Part shown: positions 27,401 to 46,449 of the stretch, piece after piece | Numbering within the stretch: position 1 is the first letter of the stretch | How the letters are laid out: every line of letters starts with the position of its first letter | Assembly (NCBI GenBank): GCA_951406725.2 | Contig: OX597815.1 | Coordinates: forward strand, 60,822,001-60,886,000 | DNA length: 64,000 nt | Direction: 5' to 3' | DNA from: Octopus vulgaris | Lineage: Eukaryota | Position numbers and translations under genes: made by a program | Notes under the pieces: generated by a model | Told to the model about the DNA's origin: nothing | Database searches by the model: none | What the model saw: the letters and a program-made list of their open reading frames with translations, nothing else

Positions 27401-28040
27401 TATTAGCTTATTGCCCATTCTGCTAAAAGTCGTGAAACCAACTCTTCGGTCTGATATAACTTCCTTCTTTCAAACAATGTCAGTCATCTTCAACATGTTT
27501 AATGAGTTCAGGCCTTAACCCTACAAAAAAAAAACAAGTTTTGGGAGAGTTCTTTCATTTGGGCGGGAAGTGGCGTTAGGATTTTAAAGACGACCATTAT
27601 ATGATACCGAGTAGCCAGTGATTTTCAGTAACTTTCGAATTGTGTGACATCGATGGTTCTATCTTCTGTTTCATTGTATCTGTGCTAGATAATGTGAATT
27701 CAATTTTTTATATATCTAACTTTAGCACTGATAGGAAGACCTCATCTATAGTGAACGAATTGATCTCTAAAAATCAAGCATTTTGTAAAGTTTGGCATTA
27801 CAGCGATTCTTCTTATTGTGCCAGGTCTCATTGTGCCAACTTTGCTAACACCATAACTCATCATCACCACCATAACCCAACGATATTACTAATATATCTC
27901 CTGATACTTATACACAACCAATCACAAAAAAAATCACTTTCCGTAAAATTTGGAACAACAGCAATTTCGCAGTTACGTCAGCAGTTGCCTGTATGTGTGA
28001 GGTTGTGTGTGTCTACATATATACATATACATACATAGAT

Positions 28041-28125
<85 letters not shown>

Positions 28126-28559
28126 CATATATAAATATACATATATGTGTGCGTGTGTGTGCGTGTGTGTGTAGAAATATAACATTATCGATGTCACATA
28201 CTTATTGTATGTGATTTGTTTATACGCTCACTAACTGCGTCTGAGGGAAATGTCTCTTTAAGGCACTGAATGTTAAAAACAGACATTGAAGACCACAAAC
28301 CATACGAGACACATCGCCCTGCAGGTGATCTAGGGCGATCGGTATCTATATTTCTCTGTTTTTGCTACTCATTGGCATCTTAGATTTGAGTTACCCCGAA
28401 GTCAGTTGGAATCGCTTGTCTGAGGTATATATATATATATGCAAGTAGTATACAATCTATCTGTTGACGTGCAGCAATGCCGCACAAGTGAAACAAAGTT
28501 AAATTTTGGATTATAAGCAGCTCTCATAATGTAAACATTATGTATAAACATATATATCC

Positions 28560-28590
<31 letters not shown>

Positions 28591-28758
28591 TGTATGTATG
28601 TATGTATGTATGTATGTATGTATGTATGTATGTATGTATGCATGCATGTATGTATGTATGTATGTATGTATGTATGTTTGTATGTGTGTATGTTTGTATG
28701 TATGCATGTATGCCTATATGTATGCATGTATGCATGTATGTATATATATATACAGATC

Positions 28759-28820
28759 AGTGCCCTACCATGGCCGCAGTCAAATGACTGAAACAAGATA
28801 CAAAGATTAAGATAAGATAC
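28759..28820 (+). mobile_element. Isolated SINE/CR1 3' tail
   Basis: GTGCCCTACCATGGCCGCAGTCAAATGACTGAAACAAG. Confidence 0.7.
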
Positions 28821-28824
28821 ATAC

Positions 28825-28857
<33 letters not shown>

Positions 28858-29346
28858 TTATATATATATATTATAAACATAGACACGCGAATTCGTGTCC
28901 GGGAAACATCTCTTCCTTTCTCTCCATCTCTCTCTCTCTCTCTCTCTCTTGAAATTCATACATGCCCCCTTGTTAGTTGTGATAGTTATGTATTATCGTA
29001 CGAATTGGTGATGTGTCTCCATTCATGCTGGGGTCCTGGTGTTTCACCATATGTGTTGTCACCAACACACAATTCAATTTTTTTATATTATCTAAGTCTA
29101 TGAAGTATATTTGGAATACAGGACAATATAATGGATTTTACACATAACTATTATGGATTATTACAGAAGAGTTTCCAAGGAAGCATATATGGATTTAAAG
29201 ACTCTCATACTAAAGTGTTCTTACAAAAATCAAAAGTAGTAATTTTTAATTTTCAATTTATATTTCAAACAAACACCATTTTATCATATTACTTCATATT
29301 TTAAAAAAACTACCATTCGATATATTATACAAAATTCAAATTTTAT

Positions 29347-29436
29347 ATCTCTGAAGAGCAGAAGAATTTTCTATAAACGCTTATCAATATAGGATTACAT
29401 TATAGGGACAGCACTTCTGTGAAACGATCATAAGAT
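29347..29436 (+). ncRNA. Type-I hammerhead ribozyme
   Basis: ATCT-CTGAAGA-GCAGAAG...CTTCTGT-GAAA-CGATCA-TA-AGAT. Helix III is one substitution from the palindrome CGATCG. Confidence 0.75.
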
Positions 29437-29610
29437 GCTTTAAAAACTTAATCCAAAACTTTTGAACTGCCATATACATTACATATTTATACTTATACGT
29501 ATTTAAATATATATATATAATTATATTTTTAATACAACAATCATTTTACACACATATATATATTCCTGAAGAATTTTCTAATATTGATTTCCTGATATTA
29601 ATAATAATAT

Positions 29611-29734
<124 letters not shown>

Positions 29735-29742
29735 ATATATGT

Positions 29743-30606
29743 ACGAGGTGGTAACAGAAGGTTCCTGGACTAGTTATGTTTAATAAAAAATAACTTATTT
29801 ATCGAAGTTTTAACTACATTTTCGAAATCGTCATCTTGCGCAGCAACACACCGGTCCCAGCGTTCCTGCCGCTTTTGGAATTCGGCCTGGAAGTCGTTTT
29901 CATAAGTGAGTCGAAGACCTTTTGCGATTCGCTCTGGATCTCGACAACCGTATTAAAACGGTCACCTTTGAGCTACATTTTGATCTTGAGGAAGAGATAG
30001 AAGTCTGCAGCTGCTAAATCTGATGAATAGAGCAGGTGCGGAAGGAATACCGCGTTGCTTTTGAGGAGAGCTCGGTGACATGGTGCATTGTCTTCGTGAA
30101 GAATCCAATTTTTCGCGCTCCACAGATCCGGTCTCTTTCGCCAAATGTCATCCCTGAAACGCTTCAAATCGTCGCCGTAGAACTCTCGATTGACGGTCTG
30201 GCGCTGGGCAACGAATTCTCTCGATGCACAATACCGCGGATATCGAAAAATGCAATAAGCATACTCTTGACCGAATTGCTTCTCTGTCGTACCGCTTTCG
30301 AAGCGCCCACGTCACTCGAAACATTGCGTATGACCCATGGGCTCGTTGCCGTAAGCTTGCCAAAGCATACTCAATCTCTCTGTAGCAAACTTCTCAAGTT
30401 TAGAGCAAAATCTCACGTTGGCTCTTCATTCGAACTTATAGTCCGTGACAAAAATAGCAAATTACAAATTACACGTGACCATAAAAAACAAATTTCACAA
30501 CAAGCGAAGTAAACACATCGATGTTACTCGGCACACTGCTAGCTCTCACTGTACATGCAAACGTGTGCTGTCATCTAGTGGTGCGCTACGCTACAGAACT
30601 AGTCGT
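29743..30606 (-). mobile_element. Decayed, internally deleted mariner
   Basis: TACGAGGTGG.. terminus. Minus-strand RKRPDLW..WILHEDNAPCH and YSSDLAAADFYLF. Confidence 0.8.
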
Positions 30607-30869
30607 ATACATACATACAACATACATGCATACAAGCATATATATATATTTAAATATGAAATAGTAGCAGCTCTAGTATGATAAATATCATTTATCACAT
30701 ATACTTAACGTATATGTGGTTAATGATATTCATTATACTATAGCTGCTTCCATTTCAGATTTTAATTTATTCATACGTATGCATTTTCCGGGCTTACCTA
30801 TATATGGTTTTGCATGCCATGAGCATATAAGATGTGGACTAGCGATGTCCTTCCGATTCTGTAGAATAC

Positions 30870-30916
30870 GTGATGCTGACAAGCCACAAAAATGGCGAAG
30901 CATCGATGTCCTTTAC
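30870..30916 (+). ncRNA. Degenerate hammerhead motif
   Basis: GTGATG-CTGACAA-GCCA-CAAAAA-TGGC-GAAG-CATCGATG-TC-CTTTAC. Two core substitutions; palindromic helix III intact. Confidence 0.45.
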
Positions 30917-31312
30917 TTCTAGATGGGATTGAAGGTGAGTTATCTCGCCTGTCCATGACTCTGAGGTGTCTTAACATTCGGCACTTTGGGAGAGTATATA
31001 CTCCACCGCGCCGATAGCAGCCCACCGGCAAATACACAAAGCACATAATTAAGTATATTTGGTTAGTGATATGTGTAAATGTGTCTTTAGATTGATAGAT
31101 AGATAGATAGACAGCAAAAACACTTTACTTAAATTGTATCTTCGTTTATATATACAATCATTTAAATACACAAAAACATATCTTTAAGCCTGCTTGTCTC
31201 GCTTTCTGCATGTATATATAGATATCTATATGTATAGGTGCTGTATATACATATACATATCTATATCTATCTATCTATCTTTATACATATATATATATAC
31301 GCGCAATTATAC

Positions 31313-31365
<53 letters not shown>

Positions 31366-31689
31366 GCAACTATATACCTTGTATTAAAATATATACCATG
31401 TAATCTGAATTGATATACTATAAGTAGAGAGAACTTAATAAAATGTAGAGTAATTTATAATATCTAATGAATTTAATGCAGTTTTCGAAATAATTGTAGC
31501 TACTACTCAAAGTTTCGCCAACGGAATAACACAATAATGCCCTGCATTATTACATTTCAAAGGGATCATTGGAGGTAGATCTATATCTATTCATGTTAAT
31601 TCTGTATAAAGGACGAATGTATGTGACATAATCCGATATACTTGGATGATCCCCTTCGAGCATAATAGTCTTGTGAATAATATTAGAGT

Positions 31690-32400
31690 GAAAAACCATC
31701 ACCATGTATGGCGAAACACCATCACCAATACATACAGTGACGCACCACCCTCAACACATATAATGATGCACCACCATCAACACATAGAGTGACACATCAT
31801 CACCAGTATATTCGGTGACACACTACCACCAACACATACAGTGACACACCACTACCACCAACGCATACGGTGATACACCATCACCAACGCATACGGTGAC
31901 ATCACTTCCAATACATACAGTTAAACATCACCATCATCACATACAACGAAACACCAGCACCAATTCATACAGTGATATACTAGCGCACCCCAGACACATG
32001 GTAACAAACTATCGCCAACATAGACAGTGACATACTACCAGCATGATGGTAGTGAATCACCGTATGAATTGGTGATCGTGTGTCACTATGTGTGCTGGTG
32101 GTAGTCTGCCAATATATGTTGGGAATGCTGATGTGTTATTGCATGTGTTGATGGTGGTAGGTCATCGTATGAGTTGTGGGTGGTGGTGTGTTACTTTGTG
32201 TGTTGGTGACAACACATATGGTGAAACACCAGCACACCAGCAAAAATGGGGACACATCACCAATTCATACGGCGATACACTACAATCACATACGGTGACA
32301 TACCATCACTAACACATACGGTACAGCACCAATACCAACACCTATGGTGACACACCAAGACATAGTGTTGCACCATCACCAACACTTACAGAAGTGTTAC
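31690..32400. repeat. Degenerate minisatellite, about 24-27 bp unit CACCATCACCAACACATACGGTGACA, with an inverted block
   Basis: Repeated units visible; about 32043-32208 reads as the reverse complement. Confidence 0.8.
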
Positions 32401-32646
32401 TCCAATATATCACAAGCCTCACAACTGCATAGCCCACACTCACACACTCACACAGACACATACACTCAGACACAAACACTCACACACACACACACACTCA
32501 CACACACAATACAACAATATAGACAACTATAACCAAGTCAAAAATTTAGATAACTTCCGATCATCTTTCCTTTTGACTCTTTTGTTCTGTATGTTTCGTT
32601 CCTCTCTTCCCCATTATTCCTTCCCTCATCTTTCTCTATCTCTCTT

Positions 32647-32701
<55 letters not shown>

Positions 32702-33049
32702 TTCTCTTTCTCTCTCTCAGTCTCTCGCTACTACGGAAACCTCCCCGCCGCAACCACTAGTAATTAACAGTCGCTAAGGGTTCTGCCGTGTCGTCTTTAC
32801 GTTTTATTAACTCATGTAGTCCTCAATATGTAACCACTTACACCAACAGTAACACCATCAGCAAGCACCACCTCTGTGGCCACTGCTGCTTCCACACACC
32901 AACACAACATTTCACTACACCAATCCAGCACACCACAGCACCACTTAATCTATTTCCTACTTCATTTCACTCTATTCCTTCGCCAGTTTAATTGGACAAT
33001 AACATATGTGTGTGCTAGTGTGTATACATGTGCAAATCTGCGTGTGCAT

Positions 33050-33111
<62 letters not shown>

Positions 33112-33114
33112 CAA

Positions 33115-34270
33115 TATCAATAATAAAGTGATTGTTTCTTATCAGGAACAAAATGTTTTTTTAGGACTGCTATAGAAGTGCTCAATTAAATGAGACAAAT
33201 ATATCAAACTATGGTTGCAGAACAAACAAATATAAGGTCATCCATTATTATCTAGAATGGTCCATTGTCTCTACAATCCCAAATTTCAAAGGGAATATTA
33301 GCAAGTGTAAGCTGTGCATAAGGGAATCCCTTACAATCCTTAGGTGTTATGGACCACACACACTGAATAAATTTACTGACGTGATTCCTTTTTGCATCCA
33401 TAAATTTCATCTACCTTCTTAAAAGTGTATAGGAATAAAATAAGTTGTAGCAAGTAAATAATTTAGCTCTTACATGGAATTGAAACCATCGAGGTTGAAT
33501 TTAATTTAATACACCCATTAACATCGGGGGGTTTTTAAGGTGCTTTTTATTTATTTTTTAAAAACTTTTTTTACTGTTTTAATTCTTTCATTTGGACTGG
33601 TCTAAGCATGACTTCTTAAATAAGAAACCACGCAATATTGTGTTAGGTTTGGTTAAGGAGGTCTCACCCTGGTACGTGATGTCTGTTTCTTTCTTTTTCC
33701 CCTGACGAAGGAGTAATTATTATGATGCACCCTCATGCATTAAATACAGTGATGTACTCCTGAAATGGCCATAGGGAATGTAAATATGGTTTCTTCGTTT
33801 TTGCTTGGACACTGGCTTTTAACTATAGGTTTCCCTTATCTTGAAAAGTAATTTTTAATCGAAAAAATTTCTAAAGGATGAACTTTTTTCTTACCTTATA
33901 TATTATATATTACTTATTTATATGCTTCCTATATATATGTATGTTTATATCCTTTTATATATCTATATATTTATATATTTCTTTATATCGTTATGTATTT
34001 ATTATTCTAGGTGTTGTAATGTTTAAAAAAAATGTTTTAGTCGCTAAAGTATTAATCGTTAACTTTTAACAGCGATGAACTGTATTCACAAATTTTTCTT
34101 GTATTTTTGTTATATGCTTGTACTGATGAGTTGTGTTTCATCTTCTGTGATTTTATACATGTATATTCTATGTGAAAGAAAAAGCTTTATGTGATTAAAT
34201 GCTCGAGATATGAAATGTTACGTGGATGACCTTATATTTGCTGGTTCTGCAACCATAGTTTAATATACAT
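33115..34270 (+). mobile_element. PLE 3' fragment (GIY-YIG C-terminus + tail) with an inverted tail copy at its 5' end
   Basis: 33243-33422 translates to LEWSIV..CKLCIRESLTIL..LNKFTDVIPFCIHK*. 33200-33245 is the reverse complement of 34223-34268. HHR at 33697. Confidence 0.8.
33697..33778 (+). ncRNA. Type-I hammerhead ribozyme
   Basis: TTCCC-CTGACGA-AGGAGTA...TACTCCT-GAAA-TGGCCA-TA-GGGAA. All stems perfect; palindromic helix III. Confidence 0.88.
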
Positions 34271-34336
34271 ATATATATATATATAGTGTAATAAATAAAA
34301 TATATGCATACATACAAACATATATAAAACAGAGAC

Positions 34337-34408
34337 TTCTTATTCTCCCAGTACTGTTTTATATATAATTATGACGCGAAATTCTTTATCTCTTTGCTTT
34401 ACCTTCCC

Positions 34409-34478
<70 letters not shown>

Positions 34479-35327
34479 TCCCCATCTCTCTCTCAGCCGC
34501 TTGTCTTCCTCTATCTCTCTCTCTCTCTCTCACTCCTCCTCATCTTTGCTACTGCTAGCCAAAACTACTTCATTTTACACGCGGCTTTCAAACTGTAAAG
34601 ACACACATTTGTGTTCTCATGCGCTGCTAAAATCTCCTCCGTCTCACCCAGAAAAAAGGCCTTTTCGTTTGTTTTCTTGTTTGTTTTCTTGTTTATTTTT
34701 ATTTCTCTTATTGTAGTTTCTTTTTATTTCTCGTATTGTATGTTCTTGTACATGTATTTTTACCTTGTATTTTATTTTGTAGTTTTATTTGTATCGTTTT
34801 TACGTCCTGTTTGTGATACATTTTTTCTTGCTTGTTTTAACCCCTCTGCGAGGCAATTTTGTTTTAATTCTCTCACAGGAAGGACTAGTTTGGCGAGTCG
34901 TGTCCTGTCTTGCCTTCGAAACACGCTGGAGCCGAACTAGTGACAGCTGATGATAGGGGATTTTTCCTTGTGTAGTATGTCCTGTACTCTGTTTTTTCTG
35001 TTGTAAAAAAATGGTTTTTCCGTTTTCGTTTTTCGTTTTTCGTTGAGTTCTACGTCTCTGTTTTTCTATTGTAAAAAAATGGTTTTTCCGCTTTCGTTTT
35101 TCGTTTCTCGTTAAGTTCTACGTCTAGTTGTGGTGTCCTGTACTCACGTGTATATATATTTATACATGCATGTACATATACATGTAGATGTAGGTACGTA
35201 CATATATGTTTGTATGTATGCATATATTTTATTTATTACACTATTGTTTGACACCGCCCTCGCGTCGGGCTCGATTCGATTCGTTAGCTTCGTTCCGTTT
35301 CTTATTCTCCCAGTACTGTTTTATATA
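34337..35327 (+). mobile_element. Non-coding element bounded by 29-bp direct repeats
   Basis: TTCTTATTCTCCCAGTACTGTTTTATATA at 34337-34365 and 35299-35327. Internal duplication of about 68 bp at 34988-35125. Confidence 0.55.
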
Positions 35328-35337
35328 GATATGTATA

Positions 35338-35389
<52 letters not shown>

Positions 35390-35561
35390 CATATATATAT
35401 GTATATACATATATATATGTAAATACATATATATATGTATATACATATGTATGTATATACATATGTATGTATATACATATGCATGTATATACATATGCAT
35501 GTATATACATATGCATGTATATACATATGCATGTATATACATATGTATGTATATACATATG

Positions 35562-35596
<35 letters not shown>

Positions 35597-35611
35597 GTAT
35601 ATATATATGTA

Positions 35612-36006
35612 CTAGCGGTATCGCCCGGCGTTGCTCGGGTTTGTAAGGGAAATAACTATATAAGCATTTTAGAGAGTTATAGCCAAAAAATAGGAAAAAA
35701 ATGCATTAAAAATGGAAAAAAATTCAGGTAAATTTCTTTTTAAATCGTTGACACATCGTAGATATTTTTAGAGAGTTACTTCCCTTATATAATAGCGAAA
35801 AAAATGCATTAAAATGGAAAAATATGATGGTAAATCTTTTTAAATCGTAGACTCATCGTAGACGCGTGCTAATACCTAGAAGGGCTTGATATGACTCACG
35901 ACTATAAGATACCCGGTTTTGGTTACACTGCACCGCAAAATGTGGGAGTAGTTTGGAATCTAAATCGTAGGAGACAGACACACAACTTCACTCTTATATA
36001 TAAAGA
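35612..36006 (-). mobile_element. Non-autonomous Helitron
   Basis: Minus strand A|TC...CCCGAGCAACGCCGGG hairpin...CTAG|T with no TSD. Homologous to 47811-48208. Confidence 0.85.
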
Positions 36007-36114
36007 TATAAGTCACGTAGTTATATACACATACTTTGTTATATACACATTCTTAAAAGAAAATGTTATTTTGAATACAACATTTATAAAGAATAAAATA
36101 TTTTTTGGTTTTTC

Positions 36115-36400
36115 TTAACCCTTTCGTTACTATATTTCTGACCAAAATACACCCCTTATGTGTTTCAATTAACTTCTAACGTAATCATAAACTTAGTCTG
36201 GTTTCATTAAACAACAATAACTTTTTTATTTATCAATATATTAATGTGATTTTTGGAAGATAATTTAATGAAATGTCCTCAACCAATTCTATACTATAAT
36301 TTTTGTCACAAAGTGACTCTAATTGCAGGTAGATACAGGTAAATTCAACAATATATAAAATTATTAAAATTTTGTTCAAACATCGCTATAGAAAATGGGT
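36115..36400. mobile_element. piggyBac-like terminus fragment
   Basis: TTAA followed by CCCTTTCGTTAC. The same 12-mer recurs near 47487. No partner TIR seen. Confidence 0.4.
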
Positions 36401-36859
36401 TATTAGCTAATATTCAATTGGGTATACAACAACATTTTACGATAGAATTTGTTATTCTGGGTAACTTTCTGATACCCATAATAATATTTATGGCAAAATA
36501 GTCTTAATTTCATTTAAGGTTGTGGGAAATAACAAACTATCCTTTCTTTCGTTTTGTTTACGTTTAGCGTAACGGTTTGTTTTCACCGTAATGATTTCAA
36601 ATGGGCTCATTCGAAAAAGTAAAAAGAAATAGTTTAAGGCTTTACTCTTCTGGGAAAGTCTGTGGCTTGGTGCAGTTTCTTCAGAAAAATCACCGAAAAG
36701 AAACAGTTTTTAAATTTTCACTCCATTCAGGTACCAATTCATTTTCTTAATCGCTGTCGGATTCACTGTTTTCACTTTAATAGCTGCCAACTTGCAAAGA
36801 CAAAGGAGGAGAAGGGTGATAGCGTCAGTGAAACAATTCGCTCCGTTTGTGTGTGTGTG

Positions 36860-37094
36860 CGTTTGCGTGTGGTGTAAGCCACACTAAGAAAAACATTTGA
36901 CATATACACCACAATGTGAGTTTTCTCTAAATTTTGCTTAATTGGGGTTGAAATTTTAAAAAGTGAACCTGGCACGACCCGATGCATTCTACTCTTAAAA
37001 ATGCTAGGTAAATTGTAATTGAAGAAATCCTATATTGTAGATTTCTATAAGATACAAAGGGAGGCAGATAAAATCTGCCTTTTATAATAAGAGA
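36860..37094 (-). mobile_element. Helitron-like 5' end (family B)
   Basis: Reverse-complement homologue of 46451-46690; starts A|TCTCTTATTATAAAAGGCAG. Confidence 0.6.
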
Positions 37095-37236
37095 TATATA
37101 TATATATGTATATATATATGTATATATATACATGTATGTATATATGTATATATATATATGTATATATATATATGTGTATATATATATGTATATATATATA
37201 TATGTATATATATATATGTATGTATATATATATATG

Positions 37237-37267
<31 letters not shown>

Positions 37268-37308
37268 GTATATATATGTATATATATATATGTATATATA
37301 TATATATG

Positions 37309-37369
<61 letters not shown>

Positions 37370-37580
37370 TATGTGAAATAGAAAGATGAATAATCTTGTA
37401 GTAGATTAATCAAAAGTTTAACCGATACCTTGGTAGCAAAAATCACAGCAGTAAACAGCACGGTTGGAGGTACAACCATATGGTGTTGCAACCGTGCGTT
37501 GGTGCGGATAATTGAAATTAAAATATTATTGGTGAATTGAAGAAATGGAGCTGAACGCAGATTGAACAGAAATCGTTTTA

Positions 37581-37669
37581 TTTCATTCTACACGTGTTTC
37601 GAAAGGCACAATTTACCAAAATGAGATTGAATAATGGGACCATATTGTGTCTTTCTCTTCAGGAAGAAA
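37581..37669 (-). ncRNA. Type-I hammerhead ribozyme (left arm)
   Basis: Mirror copy of 37879-37967. Confidence 0.85.
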
Positions 37670-37878
37670 TAGGAAATCCGTTGGAAAAAACAAAAACAGA
37701 ACAGAGGCGGAGCAAAACAAATCGAACTAGGCTCCTAAGAGCCCATGGCAAAACTGATTATCAGTGTATGTTCTCAACATACACTGATAAACAGTTTTGC
37801 CGTGGGCTCTTAGGAGCCTAGTTCGATTTGTTTTGCTCCGCCTCTGTTCTGTTTTTGTTTTTTCCAACGGATTTCCTA

Positions 37879-37967
37879 TTTCTTCCTGAAGAGAAAGACA
37901 CAATATGGTCCCATTATTCAATCGGATTTTGGTAAATTGTGCCTTTCGAAACACGTGTAGAATGAAA
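37879..37967 (+). ncRNA. Type-I hammerhead ribozyme (right arm)
   Basis: TTTCTTC-CTGAAGA-GAAAG...CTTTC-GAAA-CACGTG-TA-GAATGAAA. Confidence 0.85.
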
Positions 37968-38021
37968 TAAAACGATTTCTGTTCAATCTGCGTTCAGCTC
38001 CATTTCTTCAATTCACCAATA

Positions 38022-42060
<4,039 letters not shown>

Positions 42061-42444
42061 TCTCTCTCTATATAAACGGCAGTTTGTCTGTGCGTGTTTC
42101 TGTGTGTCTGTTTGCTTGTACCCTCACCCTGACCACATCTTTCAACCGATTCTGATGAAACTTGACACACACATAGCCCAATGTCATAATTCAAAACTAA
42201 CGCAGCGAAAATTTTGAAAAGTTCCCCCTGTTCTGAAAAAAATCGATAAATTCGACATGGGGTCGAGAATCAGAAACACGAACCACAAACTGTCTAGGGG
42301 ACGCAACTCCACCTTTTTTAAATCTCAAAAAAAATTTACCATCATTTTTTTCCATTTTTTTGCTAATTTTTGGCTATAACTCTCTAAAAATGCTTTATAG
42401 TTATTTCCCTTACAAACCTGAGCAACGCCGGGCGATACTGCTAG
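42061..42444 (+). mobile_element. Non-autonomous Helitron (shared 3' module, different 5' module)
   Basis: A|TC start, GAGCAACGCCGGG subterminal hairpin region, CTAG|T end. Last about 120 bp match the copies at 35612 and 48208. Confidence 0.85.
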
Positions 42445-42706
42445 TATATATATATATGTATGTATATATATATATATGTATGTATGTATGTATATATATA
42501 TATATATGTATGTATATGTATGTATGTATGTATATATATATATATATGTATGTATATATATATATGTATGTATATATATATATGTATGTATGTATATATA
42601 TATATGTATGTATGTATATATATATATATGTATGTATATATATATATATATATGTATGTATATATATATATGTATGTATGTATATATATATATATGTATG
42701 TATGTA

Positions 42707-43634
42707 TACTCTTTTACTCTTTTACTTGTTTCAGCCATCTGGCTGAGGCCATGCTGGGGCACCGCCCTTGTTGCTACCCTCTCTAAGTCCAGTTTGCCGT
42801 GGCTGGCCACTGATCTAAGAGAGAGTTTGTAGCTGCTGCCCTTAGGTTACCTTCGTACCTTGCAGTGGGTTCATCTGGGATCCTGGAAAGCAGCTTGTCT
42901 AGATGTTTTTTGAAAATGTCCACATCCGCATCATGTAGATCTCTTAGTTTTCTTGGCAGTTTGTTGAACAGCTGAGGGCCCCTGAACCCCAGGCTATTAC
43001 AGTATCTGCTCCTTACCCTGGATGTGGAAGACGGGACCTTTGGCACCACACAGTGACGTCCTGTACGGGGATTGGAACAGCTCTCAATTCCAAAATTTGG
43101 TGCTAGTCCCTCCAGGATTTTCCATATGTATATCACTGCATATCTCTCTCGTCTTCGTTCCAAGGAGTACAAATTGAGTTCCCTAAGCCTCTCCCAATAG
43201 TTCTTTTCTTTCATGGTGGAAATCCTCTTGGTGAAATGTCTTTGGATTGTCTCAAGCTCTGTGGTTAGTTTGACACTATGCGGTGACCACAGTTGGGAGC
43301 AGTAGTCCAGGCGGCTTAGGACAAATGTCCTCCATAGTGTCAACATGGTCTCGCAGTCTCTTGTCCGGAATGTCCTCAGGATCCAGCCAGTGAGTCGTCT
43401 GCACATTGTCGCCACCTTCGCGATGTGTGAAGAAAAAGATGCATCGTCACTCATGTCTATCCCCAGGTCCCGTATTGATTTCGATACTGGGATTTCGATC
43501 CCTCCTGGACCAGTATAGTTGTGTTGTAATGTATATGTGTTTACAGCTTGATATTGTAAGGCTTGAAATTTACCAGCATTAAATTGCATGTTGTTGTCTT
43601 CAGCCCATTTGTATATGGCATCCAGATCTTGTTG
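42707..43634 (-). mobile_element. CR1/L2-group LINE 3' fragment
   Basis: 268-aa ORF ([26 protein letters not shown]). 3' tail ends GAAACAAGTAAAA(GAGTAAAA)n. Confidence 0.92.
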
Positions 43635-44544
<910 letters not shown>

Positions 44545-45362
44545 TAGGTAAACAGTAAAAATAATTACAGACATGGACAAGGACATGAAACGCCACAGAG
44601 ACGACACAAGAACCACAGGACGGGACATTCGAAGCCCTCAGTCATCAGTCAAGAACCAGATCATCTTAGCAATTTCGGCTGATTAATCTTGAGATTGCTC
44701 CGATATGGCCAGCCCGCCACGGGAAATCTAAGCCAAGTGCATTAGATCCCCTGGAAGAAAGCTTCGAATGTATACAACACGAGGACGGAAAACGAACGAA
44801 GTGCACGAACAAAAATACAGAATACGTGACAACAATAAGAATACAAAAACGTAAAAACAATAACGGTAAAAATAAAGTATAACAAATAAACAACAAAACA
44901 AAACCAGGACGTAGGACAAGGGTCTTTCGACAGGACGAATTGAGCATGGGGCAGGCTTATGAAGTTGTGCCTAATGGCCTACAGGGAGACGAACAAGTAC
45001 GTGTTGCTTCAACGGCTGCTGGAACGAAAAGAGCGTTCAACAGCGGCTAGCGGTCAAGTGAGAACAAAAGACAAGAGAAAGGGACAGATGAAAAGAGAGA
45101 GAAAAGGTGAACGAGGGAGGAGAAGAAAGAGACAGATCGAGGGGGCTGGAGGTGAGAGAGATAGAGAAACGTAGAAGGGGGGGGGAAACGGATGGAGAGG
45201 GAAAGAAAGGAGGGGGAATAAGGGAGGAGAGAGAGAGAGAAAGAAAGATTAAGAGTCGTATCAATGCTTGAGAAAAAAATATACTTATCGTATAAGGACA
45301 ATTGTGGATACGTAGCCGCCGATTATATAGGTAAACAGTAAAAATAATTACAGACATGGACA
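44545..45362 (-). mobile_element. Non-coding element bounded by identical 35-bp direct repeats, within (TA)n
   Basis: TAGGTAAACAGTAAAAATAATTACAGACATGGACA at 44545-44579 and 45328-45362. Confidence 0.7.

Positions 45363-46449
<1,087 letters not shown>

Noticed and set aside
27420-27980. Possible decayed DNA-transposase fragment on the minus strand
   Set aside because: No motif could be read with confidence.
31690-32400. CRISPR-like periodicity
   Set aside because: Degenerate tandem units with no unique spacers, no cas genes, and a eukaryotic context.
34118-34222. Second HHR (CTGATGAG...CTCGAGAT)
   Set aside because: GAAA and helix III are not recoverable; too degenerate to call.
37594-37954. 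Twin 75-aa ORFs on opposite strands (also the 62-aa pair at 59649-59893)
   Set aside because: A by-product of the palindromes. The two pairs do not share protein sequence although the RNA structure is conserved.
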